Shown: in pieces, positions 10,753 to 20,683 of the stretch
How the letters are laid out: the number at the start of each line of letters is the position of its first letter
How positions within the stretch are numbered: position 1 is the first letter of the stretch
Assembly: GCA_038817485.1 (NCBI GenBank)
Contig: JAWAZL010000002.1
Location: 2,918 to 66,917, forward strand
DNA length: 64,000 nt
From: Nitrososphaerota archaeon
GTDB taxonomy: Archaea > Thermoproteota > Nitrososphaeria_A > Caldarchaeales > JAVZCJ01
Reading direction: 5' to 3'
Notes under the pieces: generated by a model
Told to the model about the DNA's origin: nothing
The model's input: the letters and a program-made list of their open reading frames with translations, nothing else
The model's database searches: none
Program-made: the position numbers and the translations under genes

Positions 10753-11268
10753 TTAATAGTTTTCTTTAATTCTCTCAATTTTACGTGATAAAATCTCTAT
10801 AAGTTTCTCTTCCTCAAGAGCATGTTTCTCATCTTGTGTAAGTTCTTCTGGTAGCCAATTTGGTTTAGGCTTATCTTTAAAATATGCTCTTATGGCTCTT
10901 CTTAAAGCTCCTACAGCAAGTATTCCGCAATGATATTTTACAGCTGGAAGGCCTCCGAGCTCATCTGAAATTCTTTTCCAAGAAATTTGCCAAGCTTCTT
11001 CTAATGTTTTATCTTTAATAATCTCAGTTAATATACTTGAAGCTGCTATATTTGCTGCACATCCATAACTTTCAAATGATGCTTTAATTATTTTTTGAGA
11101 ATTTTTATCTATTTTTAAGTATATTGCAATCATATCCCCACAAGCTATACTCCCAGCTACAGCTAAAGCATCTGCATCTTCCATTTTACCTAAATTCTTT
11201 GGGTTTTTAAAAAGTTCTAAAACTTTAGGATTATATGGTAAAGGAATTCTACTAGACATTTTTTTCAC
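10753..11268 (-). CDS. iscU: IscU/NifU Fe-S scaffold
   Basis: NPKNLG, ACGD, YGCAA, KYHC. Confidence 0.92.
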   Translation of the reverse strand: MKKMSSRIPLPYNPKVLELFKNPKNLGKMEDADALAVAGSIACGDMIAIYLKIDKNSQKIIKASFESYGCAANIAASSILTEIIKDKTLEEAWQISWKRISDELGGLPAVKYHCGILAVGALRRAIRAYFKDKPKPNWLPEELTQDEKHALEEEKLIEILSRKIERIKENY

Positions 11269-12493
11269 CTCCAGGTTTAATTGGACTAATTGAACGTATC
11301 CTAGATATTATTCCAGGCATTTTTTCAATCACATATTCTATATCTTCTTCATTATGAAATGGAGTAACTTTCATTAATAAACTTCCATGAGCTTCTTCAT
11401 ATTTCCTTCCTATAGCTAAAAGTACATGACTAGGTTCTAAAACTCTACTTGTACAAGCACTTCCACTTGAAACATATATTCCATTCAAACTAAGTTCAAC
11501 AGTTAATGCTTCTCCTTCGCAATATAAAAAGCTTAAATTAGCATTATCAGGTGAACGCTTATTTCCTTCAGGTCCATTTAAAAGTACATATTCTATTTCT
11601 TCAATTATATTTTTTATAAGCATATCTCTAAGATTAATCATTTTTAAAGTATAATATTCAAAATTAGAATTTAAAATTTCAATTGCTTTAGAAAAACCAA
11701 TTATAGAAGGGATATTCTCTAAACTTGGCCAAAGCCTTTGAGTACTGAGTTGTCCATAAATTATAGGTTCTAATTTTATTCCTTCTTTTACATAAAGTGC
11801 TCCTGCACCTTTTGGTCCATAAACTTTATGACTACTAAAAGAGGCTAAATCTATATTCAATTTTCTTAAATCCATTTTAATTTTTCCAAGAGCATCACAA
11901 GCATCTGTATGAACAAATATTTCTGAATCCTTATCTTTAATTACATCAACTATTGTTTTTAAATCTTGTATCGTTCCTATTTCATGATTTACAGCTGCTA
12001 TACTTACCAAAAGAGTATTTTTATCAATATTTTCATTTATAAAATCTATATTTACAAACCCTTCTTTATCAACGGGAATTTTAATAACTTTATATCCATA
12101 TTTTTGAAGATAATCAGCTGGAAAAATTACGCTTAAATGCTCTATACTTGATACAAGTATTTTTTTTCTTTCTTTATAAGATTCGGCTAATCCCAAAATA
12201 GCTAAATTATTAGCTTCAGTACCATTATGAGTATATACTATTTCTTCAAGATTACAATTTAAAACATTAGCTAATATACTACTTGATTCGTAAAGTTTCT
12301 CATAGGATTCCCATCCAATTTTATGAGTTATAGACGGATGACCATAGCCAGTATTTTTATAAGCTTCAATTAGTGCTTCCAAAGCTTCAGGAAATATTAA
12401 TCCAGAATTTTCTGAATCGAGGTATACTTCCTTTTTAGGTTTACCGTGAAATTCTAAAAGGGAACGTACATCTTTAATTATATCACTAGACAT
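11252..12493 (-). CDS. iscS: Cysteine desulfurase
   Basis: GTEANN, IEH.SV, NHEIGTIQ, SSHKVYGPKG, SSGSACTS. Confidence 0.93.
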   Translation of the reverse strand: MSSDIIKDVRSLLEFHGKPKKEVYLDSENSGLIFPEALEALIEAYKNTGYGHPSITHKIGWESYEKLYESSSILANVLNCNLEEIVYTHNGTEANNLAILGLAESYKERKKILVSSIEHLSVIFPADYLQKYGYKVIKIPVDKEGFVNIDFINENIDKNTLLVSIAAVNHEIGTIQDLKTIVDVIKDKDSEIFVHTDACDALGKIKMDLRKLNIDLASFSSHKVYGPKGAGALYVKEGIKLEPIIYGQLSTQRLWPSLENIPSIIGFSKAIEILNSNFEYYTLKMINLRDMLIKNIIEEIEYVLLNGPEGNKRSPDNANLSFLYCEGEALTVELSLNGIYVSSGSACTSRVLEPSHVLLAIGRKYEEAHGSLLMKVTPFHNEEDIEYVIEKMPGIISRIRSISPIKPGGEKNV

Positions 12494-12495
12494 TA

Positions 12496-12723
12496 CTATT
12501 TAACCTCCACGTATATTTCATATACATCTTCATTCTTCTCAATTTTTAAAATATTATGTCCTACATTGGAAGCCCACTCTTTTATATCAGAGGGAGCAGC
12601 TGGATCTGTAGCTAAAAGTTTAATTATTTGCCCTGGTTTTGCTTTGCTAATCGCTTCAACTAATGCTAATAAAGGTCCTGGACAAAACTTAAATCTTGCA
12701 TCAATTACTAAATCTACTTTCAT
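12496..12723 (-). CDS. tusA: TusA/SirA sulfur carrier
   Basis: DARFKFCPGP, ATDPAAPSDI..W. Confidence 0.9.
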   Translation of the reverse strand: MKVDLVIDARFKFCPGPLLALVEAISKAKPGQIIKLLATDPAAPSDIKEWASNVGHNILKIEKNEDVYEIYVEVK

Positions 12724-12739
12724 AATTAATCTACTTTAT

Positions 12740-13150
12740 TTAAGAAATAAATAAGTTTATTTCAGAATCTTTAGCTTTAGATAAGAAAGTTGGAGCACCA
12801 ACTATATCATCTACAAAATCTTCAAGATTTTCTTTATTAATTCCAAATAAATCCATTGTTGTTGAGCAAGCATAGATTTTAAGTTTACCAATATTTTTAA
12901 AAGATTTAATCATATTTTTCCATTCTGGAATTTTACCTGATTCTATCATTTTTATTAAAGATTCCTTATATTCATTATAGTCTAAGCTTACATTTTTAGT
13001 TTCATATCCTTTCTTTAAAGCTAATAAAGCCCAAAAAGTGAAAAATATTTCAGCATCCCATCCTAAAGCAACAGAACTAGTTGCAAGTATTATTGCTGGA
13101 TAAATTTTATCTATTCTTTCGGAAGCTAATATGATAGATATTTTAGGCAT
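12740..13150 (-). CDS. DsrE/DsrF-like (DsrE2 type) sulfur-relay protein
   Basis: IFFTFWAL, IYACSTTM, IVGAPTFL. Confidence 0.85.
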   Translation of the reverse strand: MPKISIILASERIDKIYPAIILATSSVALGWDAEIFFTFWALLALKKGYETKNVSLDYNEYKESLIKMIESGKIPEWKNMIKSFKNIGKLKIYACSTTMDLFGINKENLEDFVDDIVGAPTFLSKAKDSEINLFIS

Positions 13151-13169
13151 ATTTTCTCAATAAAATAAA

Positions 13170-13184
13170 TATAACGGTGTTATA
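13170..13184. promoter_or_regulatory. Perfect palindrome TATAAC-GGT-GTTATA overlapping the TATA box of dsrE-tusA-iscS-iscU
   Basis: On the minus strand TTTATATAAC-ACC-GTTATA; same architecture as the moeB promoter. Confidence 0.6.
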
Positions 13185-13281
13185 TAAAGTTTTAAAAATA
13201 ATGATGAATATTTTAAAAATATTTTTTATTTTCTTAAAAAAACTTTTATATAAAAATAATTAATTAAGTTCAAATATAAAA

Positions 13282-13617
13282 TTGGTGATGAAAATGAAAA
13301 TAAAAGATGAAAAACTCACTGGATATATTTTACTTGCTATAGGTTTGATACTTATATTTTTTTCGATATTCTCTGTTTTTAGTGTTTTTACTGGTTCTTC
13401 TTCTGCTCCATCATTAATTAAAATGAATGATGTTAAAATTTCTATTCCTGGTGCTGGAGAAACTACAATTTTTGATGGGGAGACTTTAAGTAGTATTACC
13501 AATATATTTCTATGGCTCATTTTAATGATTTTTATTGCTTCAGGAGGAAGTAGAATAGGAAACTTAGGAGTAAAATTATTAAGAGAAATAAAAGTAGAGA
13601 TAAAAAAAGAAGATTAA
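13282..13617 (+). CDS. Hypothetical membrane protein (2 TM)
   Basis: Two hydrophobic segments, normal codon usage. Confidence 0.7.
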   Translation: MVMKMKIKDEKLTGYILLAIGLILIFFSIFSVFSVFTGSSSAPSLIKMNDVKISIPGAGETTIFDGETLSSITNIFLWLILMIFIASGGSRIGNLGVKLLREIKVEIKKED

Positions 13618-13661
13618 TAAAAAAGAAAATAAAAAGTTAGATTTATAAGAGATGGTTTAAA

Positions 13662-14585
13662 ATGACTGAAATAATTGTTATAGGACATAAAAATCCAGAT
13701 ACAGACTCTATAATAGCTGCAATTGCTTATGCTTTTTTAAAAAATAAGATTGATAATAGAAATAATTATATTGCTGCAAAATGTGGAGAAATAAATAAAG
13801 AAACTAAAGCAGTACTTAAAAAAGCTTCATTAAATGAGCCAATATTGATTGAAAATATTTCTGGAAAAAAAGTTATACTCATTGATCATAATGAATTTAC
13901 TCAAGCTTGTGATGGTATAGAAGAAGCAGAAATTTTAGAAATAATAGATCATCATAAAATTAATTTCTCTTATCCTTTACCAATATATTATCATGCTGAA
14001 CCAATAGGTTCAACATCTACAATAATTACTAAAATGTTTTTTGAAAAAAATATTGTAATAGAAAAAAATATTGCTCTAGCTTTATTAGCAGCAATACTCA
14101 GTGATACAGTAGTTTTTAAATCAAGCACTACTACAAATGAAGATTACGAAATTGCTAAAAAACTTGCTGAAATTGCTAAAATTAAAGATATCGAAGCTTT
14201 TGGAATAGAAATAAAGAAGGAAAAAGCAAGTATAATTGGAAAATCAATAGAAGAGATAGTTCTTAGTGATTTTAAAGAATATAATTTTAAAAAAGGTAAA
14301 GTTGGTATTGGACAAATTGAAATTGTTGATTTTGAAGAAGTTGAAGAAAGGAAGAAAGAAATTATAAATGGAATGGAAAAAATTAAAAATAATGAAAAAT
14401 TTGATTTAGTATTATTAATGGCAACAAACATTATTTTAGGCGATACTCAGCTTTTATGTGTTGGAGATATAGAAAAAGTCGAAATGGCATTTAATGCAAA
14501 AGTGAAAGAAAATTGTGTTTATCTAAAAAATGTTATGTCAAGGAAAAAGGACATTGTACCTAAGATCGAAAAAGTATTTTCATAA
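13662..14585 (+). CDS. ppaC: Mn-dependent inorganic pyrophosphatase (family II, DHH)
   Basis: GHKNPDTDS, DHNE, IDHH, ILSDT, MSRKK. Confidence 0.93.
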   Translation: MTEIIVIGHKNPDTDSIIAAIAYAFLKNKIDNRNNYIAAKCGEINKETKAVLKKASLNEPILIENISGKKVILIDHNEFTQACDGIEEAEILEIIDHHKINFSYPLPIYYHAEPIGSTSTIITKMFFEKNIVIEKNIALALLAAILSDTVVFKSSTTTNEDYEIAKKLAEIAKIKDIEAFGIEIKKEKASIIGKSIEEIVLSDFKEYNFKKGKVGIGQIEIVDFEEVEERKKEIINGMEKIKNNEKFDLVLLMATNIILGDTQLLCVGDIEKVEMAFNAKVKENCVYLKNVMSRKKDIVPKIEKVFS

Positions 14586-14961
14586 AATATCAACATTACG
14601 GAAAGCAATATTATCTTCAGTAAAAGAAACAATATTTGGTATAATGGCCACTTATGCTATAAAATTTTCTCTATAGAAAACTTTAGCGTTCTCATGGATC
14701 TTATAATAGTTCTAGTAACTATCATAATATTTAGTTATGTTATGCACTTATAGAAACTATATATGGCACTCTCTTTAAACAACACATATTACTCACTTTG
14801 CTTATAGAGGGATTTTTTACGGGAATAATATAAGATAATGCTTTAAAATTAGGAAATTAAAAATAGTTGAAACTACTTAAATGAAAAATATTAATTTTTA
14901 AGTCAAAATTAAGAGCTTCAGTAGTTTTTACTATAATAAATCTCAATTAATATTTGATTAT

Positions 14962-15075
14962 TTACTTCTTTCTTTGTGTTAATGTAAGTAATAATTCTCT
15001 CCAAGTCCTCTTGCCTTTTACTTTTCTCAATTTATTATATTCTTTCTCACTTAGGATTATTCTTATTTGTTTCAT
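14962..15075 (-). CDS. Small basic ribbon-helix-helix-like protein, 37 aa (not in ORF track)
   Basis: MKQIRIILSEKEYNKLRKVKGKRTWRELLLTLTQRKK; GAGTGAT SD; imperfect palindrome AGTAGGTA-A-TACTTACT just upstream. Confidence 0.6.
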   Translation of the reverse strand: MKQIRIILSEKEYNKLRKVKGKRTWRELLLTLTQRKK

Positions 15076-15297
15076 ATCACTCACACTAAAATATAGTAGG
15101 TAATACTTACTTATATATTTTTCGCTATTTCTTTAAGTTTATAGTGCTTAATATATTAGCATTTTTTTGACATAAATGTTAGCATTACCAATACTTATTA
15201 TTTTTTAAATATTCGTACAAAATTTTTGTTACAACATAGGAAGTACCTTTTTCAATTCTATATGGCTAAAGTAGAGTAGAGGAACTTAGTTACGAAC

Positions 15298-15666
15298 TTA
15301 TTTAAGTGATATTACAGATGCATTATCTATAATTTGCACTTCTATTAAGTTTTCTTCATCAAACCATGATATGTATGATAATAAAACTGATTTTATTAAA
15401 AAATATTGTCCAATATTATTTACTTTATTTAATGTTTTTTTAATTACGATTTTAATAAGCTCATCAAAACTTTTAGAATTAGTACTTAATTCATTAAGTA
15501 TAAGATTTCTTATTTTCATTATTGCCGATACATTGATTTCAATAAGTTCTTCAATATTTTTTGTAGGAAAACCATGAGAAGGTAAAAATATTAAATTTTT
15601 TAGTATTTTAAGATTTTCAATAGTTTCTAAGGCTTTTTTAACATTTAAATCTTTAAAATATTTCAA
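15298..15666 (-). pseudogene. C-terminal remnant of an MBL-fold metallohydrolase
   Basis: FLPSHG motif plus C-terminal helical domain; N-terminal HxHxDH absent; TTG start. Confidence 0.55.
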
Positions 15667-15741
15667 AAGTAGCTTATAAAAGTTATGTTTAGACTTTTAT
15701 TAATATTTATGAATAAGTAATTTTTATTATAAAACAAAGGA

Positions 15742-16674
15742 ATGGCTTTCATGAATAATAAGGCTAACATTAAAGCACTTTCATACGCATTATTTTTAAC
15801 ATTGATAATAATGTTTTTTGAAATTATAGGAAGCATTATTTCTGGAAGTTTAGCTTTAATGAGTGATGCTGCGCATATGTTAATAGATAGTACTTCATTA
15901 ATAGTTGCTTTTATAGCATTAAAAATTTCTGAAAAAAAGCCTACTGAAAATAAAACTTATGGCTTTTATAGAGCAGAAATTTTATCAGCATTTATAAATG
16001 GAATATTGCTTGCTTTTGTAGCATTTTATATTTTTAGAGAAGCCTATTTAAGATTATTCAATCCTATAAATATTCTTGAAAAACCTATGCTTATAGTAGC
16101 AATAATAGGATTGAGCGTAAATATTTTTTCAGCCCTCATATTATTTAAGCCTTCAAATTTAAGCTTAAGTATTAAAGGGGCATTTTTACATGTTTTAAGT
16201 GATGCTGTTTCTTCTATTGGTGTGATAATAGGTGGAATAATAATATTTTTTACTAAACTTTATGTGGTAGATACTCTCATAGGGATAGGGATAAGTATAT
16301 TAATATTTAGGGGGTCTTATCAACTTTTGAAAGAGGCTATAAATGTGCTAATGGAAGGAGTGCCAAAAGGATTAAAATTGGAAAACATCATTAATGAAAT
16401 AATAAAAGTAAAAGGAGTAAAGAATATTCATGATATTCATGTTTGGAGTATTGCAACAAATGTAAATGCATTAAGTGCACATATTGTTTTAGATAACATT
16501 TCCCTTAAAGAGGCCGATAAAATTTTAAATGAGATAAATATTTTACTAAAAAATAAATTTAATATAACACACACAACTCTACAAATTGAATGTGATTTAT
16601 GTCCAAAAGGGACAATATGTATTTTCTCGCCTGAAAATGAAAATCAGAAAGATAAAACATTTTTGAGAGAATAA
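15742..16674 (+). CDS. czcD: Cation diffusion facilitator (Zn/Co/Cd efflux)
   Basis: SLALMSDAAHMLID, TYGFYRAE, AFLHVLSD, HDIHVW, HTTLQIE. Confidence 0.92.
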   Translation: MAFMNNKANIKALSYALFLTLIIMFFEIIGSIISGSLALMSDAAHMLIDSTSLIVAFIALKISEKKPTENKTYGFYRAEILSAFINGILLAFVAFYIFREAYLRLFNPINILEKPMLIVAIIGLSVNIFSALILFKPSNLSLSIKGAFLHVLSDAVSSIGVIIGGIIIFFTKLYVVDTLIGIGISILIFRGSYQLLKEAINVLMEGVPKGLKLENIINEIIKVKGVKNIHDIHVWSIATNVNALSAHIVLDNISLKEADKILNEINILLKNKFNITHTTLQIECDLCPKGTICIFSPENENQKDKTFLRE

Positions 16675-16676
16675 TG

Positions 16677-16766
16677 TATTGTCAGATAAGGAAATCTTCT
16701 TACCATAGTTTAGCCTCTCTCTGGAGTTTGCCTATATTCTAAGCTTGGATTGGAATATAAGCTTCC
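16677..16766 (-). repeat. Copy of the TnpB-element right end / omegaRNA 3' part
   Basis: Similar to 32591-32670; shares the CTG(A/G)CAATA terminus and a compensated hairpin GCUUAUAUUC/GAAUAUAGGC. Confidence 0.65.
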
Positions 16767-16926
16767 TATTCCTCCTAAAATGCTTATAAAATTGTGGTTA
16801 ATATTATTAATATTAAATAAAAGAAATAAAAGATAAATTAGTATTCCATTAATTGTTTTTCTATTATTTGGATATATTATCAGCATTATTTATGGAGATA
16901 TTTTAAAAATATTTATTTCAATATAA
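16767..16926 (+). pseudogene. Relic of XPF C-terminus fused to A24 prepilin-peptidase C-terminus
   Basis: 16767-16833 matches 34482-34540; SIPLIVFLLFGYIISIIYGDILK resembles the archaeal A24 peptidase C-terminus. Confidence 0.5.
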
Positions 16927-17449
16927 GACTTGGTTTAGTATAATATATTAGAAACAATTCCAAAATAGCCGATATTAATAGAATAAAATAAATAATTATT
17001 AATTTATTAATAGAAAGATTCTTCTCTAAAGTAATTTTTATTGCTAAAAATATTGAATAAAATTCTAAAATACCATGGGGTAAAGAAAAAATTATAAATA
17101 AAAGAGCATTTATTAAGTTAACTTTTAAGATATTTGTAGTTCTTATAATACTAATAGAGAAAAAAATTATAGTAAAAAATAATGCAAAAATTTTTGGGTG
17201 TTCAAGAACCATATATTCAAATTCACGACGTGGTAAAAAATCCACAACTCTTACATAAAATGACATACCGATTATTATTATTGAAACAACTATAACATTA
17301 TGTAAGAATATTTCTAAAAGGCCTAATATTTTATCTGATAGAATTATTTTATACGCATATCTGAAAATAATGGTATTCTCGATATATCCTAATAAAAGGA
17401 AGAGGAGAAATACAAATCCTAAAAGAATAGTTTCAATTTTTTTACGCAT
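16913..17449 (-). CDS. SpoIIM/DUF95-like membrane protein
   Basis: IFLHN, LPHGILE, SAILE motifs. Confidence 0.7.
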   Translation of the reverse strand: MRKKIETILLGFVFLLFLLLGYIENTIIFRYAYKIILSDKILGLLEIFLHNVIVVSIIIIGMSFYVRVVDFLPRREFEYMVLEHPKIFALFFTIIFFSISIIRTTNILKVNLINALLFIIFSLPHGILEFYSIFLAIKITLEKNLSINKLIIIYFILLISAILELFLIYYTKPSLILK

Positions 17450-17464
17450 TTTAGATTCACTCTA

Positions 17465-18007
17465 TTAAATTTTTTCTAATAAGAGTTCTAAATAAGATTT
17501 TGTAGTTATAGAACTTTTTGGAATATTTATTTTTTCAAGTATTTTAATAAGTTTTTCTTCGATTGTTTTTATGAAGAGTTCATTTTCTATTTCTTCTTCT
17601 ATTTCTATGAAATATCCTAAGTCTTTCACCTCATCCATATAAATAGAAGTACTTCCTAAAGTATACACTTCTCTTTTTTTAGAAATGATTGCTACTGGTT
17701 TAAATCCTAATCTAAAGAATATTTCTTTAGTATTTTCAAAATTTTTAACTTCAGTTTGAACTTCTAATCTTGTTTTTGATATTTTACTTATCTTTGCTCC
17801 CTTATATGTTAAAAAATACTTTTCATTTGATTTGCGAAGTCTTAAAGCTTCATCAGTTTTAGAAAAATCTCTTAAGGGATGTTGGAAATAGATATCTTCT
17901 TCTAAAACTTTAGATATTAATTTACTTCCTAAGCTTAATATTTTATTTTTCACTTCTATAAATTTCTCATAATTTTCAATTTTTGCTTTAAATTCCACTT
18001 CAATCAT
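17465..18007 (-). CDS. cyaB: CYTH/class IV adenylate cyclase-like triphosphatase
   Basis: EVEFK, EEDIYFQHP.RDF..TDEALRLR, LGYFIEIE, KSYLELL. Confidence 0.9.
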   Translation of the reverse strand: MIEVEFKAKIENYEKFIEVKNKILSLGSKLISKVLEEDIYFQHPLRDFSKTDEALRLRKSNEKYFLTYKGAKISKISKTRLEVQTEVKNFENTKEIFFRLGFKPVAIISKKREVYTLGSTSIYMDEVKDLGYFIEIEEEIENELFIKTIEEKLIKILEKINIPKSSITTKSYLELLLEKI

Positions 18008-18095
18008 ATTTTATTCATCTTTATGCTTTTTTTAATTTGTTATTATTTTTTATAAAAAAATATTTACAAAAGCAAGAATATTAATTTATTTAAAA

Positions 18096-18484
18096 ATGAG
18101 TAAAATAGAATTTGGATTAAGAATACCTACATTTCAATAATGATAGTAGAGGAAGAAAATTCATAGAAGAATGTTTTAATTCAGGTTTGGTTAATGATCA
18201 TTTTGTTCCATGGGCAACTTTTGCCCCTCCTAAAGTTGATCATTTAGAATGTTGGACAACAATATCTTATCTTTCAGGCATATTTAGTAAAATGAAGTTT
18301 GGAAGTATTGTATTGTGTAATTCCTATAGAAATCCTGCATTAGTTGCTAAAATGTCTTTTACTCTTAATGTTCTTACAAATGGCAGGTTCATTTTAGGAA
18401 TTGGTGCAGGTTGGAAAGAAGATGTTTCCAAAAACTAATGGAGCAGAAATATTCGCTGAAAAAGTAATAACAGAATTTAAATAA
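18096..18484 (+). pseudogene. LLM-class flavin-dependent oxidoreductase pseudogene
   Basis: MSKIEFGLRIP followed by stops; NDHF, ECWTT, RNPALVAKM, GRFILGIGAGW; large internal deletion before the FAEKVI C-terminus. Confidence 0.8.
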
Positions 18485-18494
18485 TGATGAAGTA

Positions 18495-19328
18495 TCAAAT
18501 GGGTAAACTTATTACTTTGAAATATAATAAAAGAATTGCTATCACTGATCCAAAAATAATAGCAAAAAGATTTACTACATTATTATCTAACCATTTATAT
18601 CCACGCAAGTATAATGTTTCTTTATTACAATGAATTTTTTTCTCTGTTTCTTTTCCACAATACTGACATTTATACATTGCTTGAATAGTCGCGCCTAAAA
18701 AGCTATCAAATGATGAGCCTAAGAAGCCACTTATAATTGTTAATATAAGAATATTTATAAAAAAATCCAATCTAGGATAAAAAATTGTTGCTGTAATTGA
18801 AATAAAGAAAGCACTTATAATTTGTGCAACTTCACCAAGTATAGATACTCCTCCTGACGTACCTGCTGGGACTTTCTTTTTTAAATTTATTATTAACCTA
18901 GGCTCACCTTTATACAATAAGCCTATTTCAGTTGCAAGTGTATCTGCTAATGCTGTTACAACAGCTCCAAAAAAACCTGCAATATAAAATACTTTAAATG
19001 GATTATTGTCAAATATTGTAAGTAAAGCAAAAATGGCGGGTATAACTCCATTTGCTGATACATTTTTCCAACCTCTTGCACCTTTTTTCTCTTCAGCTAC
19101 GCCCTTCCTTCTTTTATATTCATATTTGTATTTTGTAAATATACCAGCAACTAAATGAAAAACCAATAATGGAATAAATAAAAATTCTCCTCCAGAAGCA
19201 TACACAGTAAATCCTATTATAAAACCAGCTATTAAACCAGTTAAATCTACTATTGCTATTTTATACGAAATAGCGCCAAATAAACCTACAACAATAGCTG
19301 CTTTTATAATTTGAAAAATAAAAGACAT
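18495..19328 (-). CDS. DUF92/TMEM19 membrane protein
   Basis: RGWKNV.ANG, ADTLATEIG, GTSGGVS..G, DSFLGATIQ, DNNVVN. Confidence 0.88.
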   Translation of the reverse strand: MSFIFQIIKAAIVVGLFGAISYKIAIVDLTGLIAGFIIGFTVYASGGEFLFIPLLVFHLVAGIFTKYKYEYKRRKGVAEEKKGARGWKNVSANGVIPAIFALLTIFDNNPFKVFYIAGFFGAVVTALADTLATEIGLLYKGEPRLIINLKKKVPAGTSGGVSILGEVAQIISAFFISITATIFYPRLDFFINILILTIISGFLGSSFDSFLGATIQAMYKCQYCGKETEKKIHCNKETLYLRGYKWLDNNVVNLFAIIFGSVIAILLLYFKVISLPI

Positions 19329-19363
19329 TATTGCATCTCCTTTGATTTATTTCAAAAAAATCT

Positions 19364-20683
19364 TTATTTAAATAGTTTTTCTTTAATATATTCTTCTAAA
19401 TTTTCTAATTTTATTCTTATTTGTTCTTTCTTTTCTAAATCTCTTAAAGAAATAGTTTTACTTTCCTTTTCTTCAGGACCAGCAATTATTAAATACTTAT
19501 AACCAAGTTTACTATAATGCTCTATTATTGAAGAAATTTTCTTTTTTGATATATCGATTTTTACTCCTATACCTAACTTTCTAATTACTTGTAATACTTT
19601 CAAAAGATAACCAACAGTATCATCACTTATGCTAAAAGCAATTATACTTCCTTTTTTATCATCTTTAGGATAAATTTTTTTACTAATAAAGTACTCTTGT
19701 AATCTAGTTATTCCTATAGCACATCCAACTGCAGGTGTATCTTTTCCACCAAATAAAGAAATAAGTTTGTCATATCTTCCTCCCCCATTTAATGCTAAAG
19801 GAGAATCTGGGACATATTGTTCAAATATCATTCCAGTATAATATTCTAACCCTCTTGCAAAAGCTAAATTTACATGAAATACATTACTCACTCCACTTTC
19901 TATAGCAATGTTAATTATTTCTTCAAGATTCTCCAATTTTTTCAATGCAATGGGCCATGAAGATAATAAATCATATCCTTTTTTGAATACTTCATTAGTT
20001 TCTCCTGAAATATTTAGTAAGAGCTCTATAATTTTTATTAAATCATCTATATTCTCATTTTTCTTCTCTTCTTTTATAAGAGAAAATGCTTGTTCATACT
20101 TTTTTTGATCCATAAGCGATAAAAATCTATCTTGAGTTTCTTCATTTATCTTATATTCTTCCATAATACTTCTTAATATTCCAACATGTCCAATTTTGAA
20201 ATAATGATTTTTAATATTAAGTCTATTAAAAACATCATTAGAAATAATTAAAATTTCTGCATCTGCAATTGGTTTATCACTTCCAATTAATTCAAAACCG
20301 CCATGCCAAAATCTTCTTTTTCTACCCCATTGCGGTTCATCATAACGATAACAATCTGCTATGTATCCTAAACGAATAGGAAGAGGAAAGTTTTTTAATT
20401 TTGTTGCAACTAATCTTGCTACTGGGGCTGTCATTTCAGGTCTTAAAACCATTTTTCTTTTATGTTTATCTTCAAAAACGAACATTCTTTCTCTAATTTC
20501 TTCTCCAGATTTTGCTTCAAACAATTCATAGAATTCAACGGTAGGTGTTTCGATTTCTTCATAACCATATAGGAAAAAACATTTTCTTATTTCTTCTTCT
20601 ATCCATCTTTTAATTTTCATTTCTTCAGGAAGTAAATCATCCATTCCTCTTGGAGTTCCTATATTAGGCATAAAATCCACCAA
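19364..20683 (-). CDS. hisS: Histidyl-tRNA synthetase
   Basis: PRGMDD, LRPEMTAPVAR, YRYDEPQWGR, ARGLEYYTG, GGGRYD. Confidence 0.95.
   Translation of the reverse strand: MVDFMPNIGTPRGMDDLLPEEMKIKRWIEEEIRKCFFLYGYEEIETPTVEFYELFEAKSGEEIRERMFVFEDKHKRKMVLRPEMTAPVARLVATKLKNFPLPIRLGYIADCYRYDEPQWGRKRRFWHGGFELIGSDKPIADAEILIISNDVFNRLNIKNHYFKIGHVGILRSIMEEYKINEETQDRFLSLMDQKKYEQAFSLIKEEKKNENIDDLIKIIELLLNISGETNEVFKKGYDLLSSWPIALKKLENLEEIINIAIESGVSNVFHVNLAFARGLEYYTGMIFEQYVPDSPLALNGGGRYDKLISLFGGKDTPAVGCAIGITRLQEYFISKKIYPKDDKKGSIIAFSISDDTVGYLLKVLQVIRKLGIGVKIDISKKKISSIIEHYSKLGYKYLIIAGPEEKESKTISLRDLEKKEQIRIKLENLEEYIKEKLFK

Noticed and set aside
18484..18549. Possible C/D box sRNA (ATGATGA...CTGA)
   Set aside because: Antisense to the DUF92 gene end, AT-rich, no internal D'/C' boxes; likely chance
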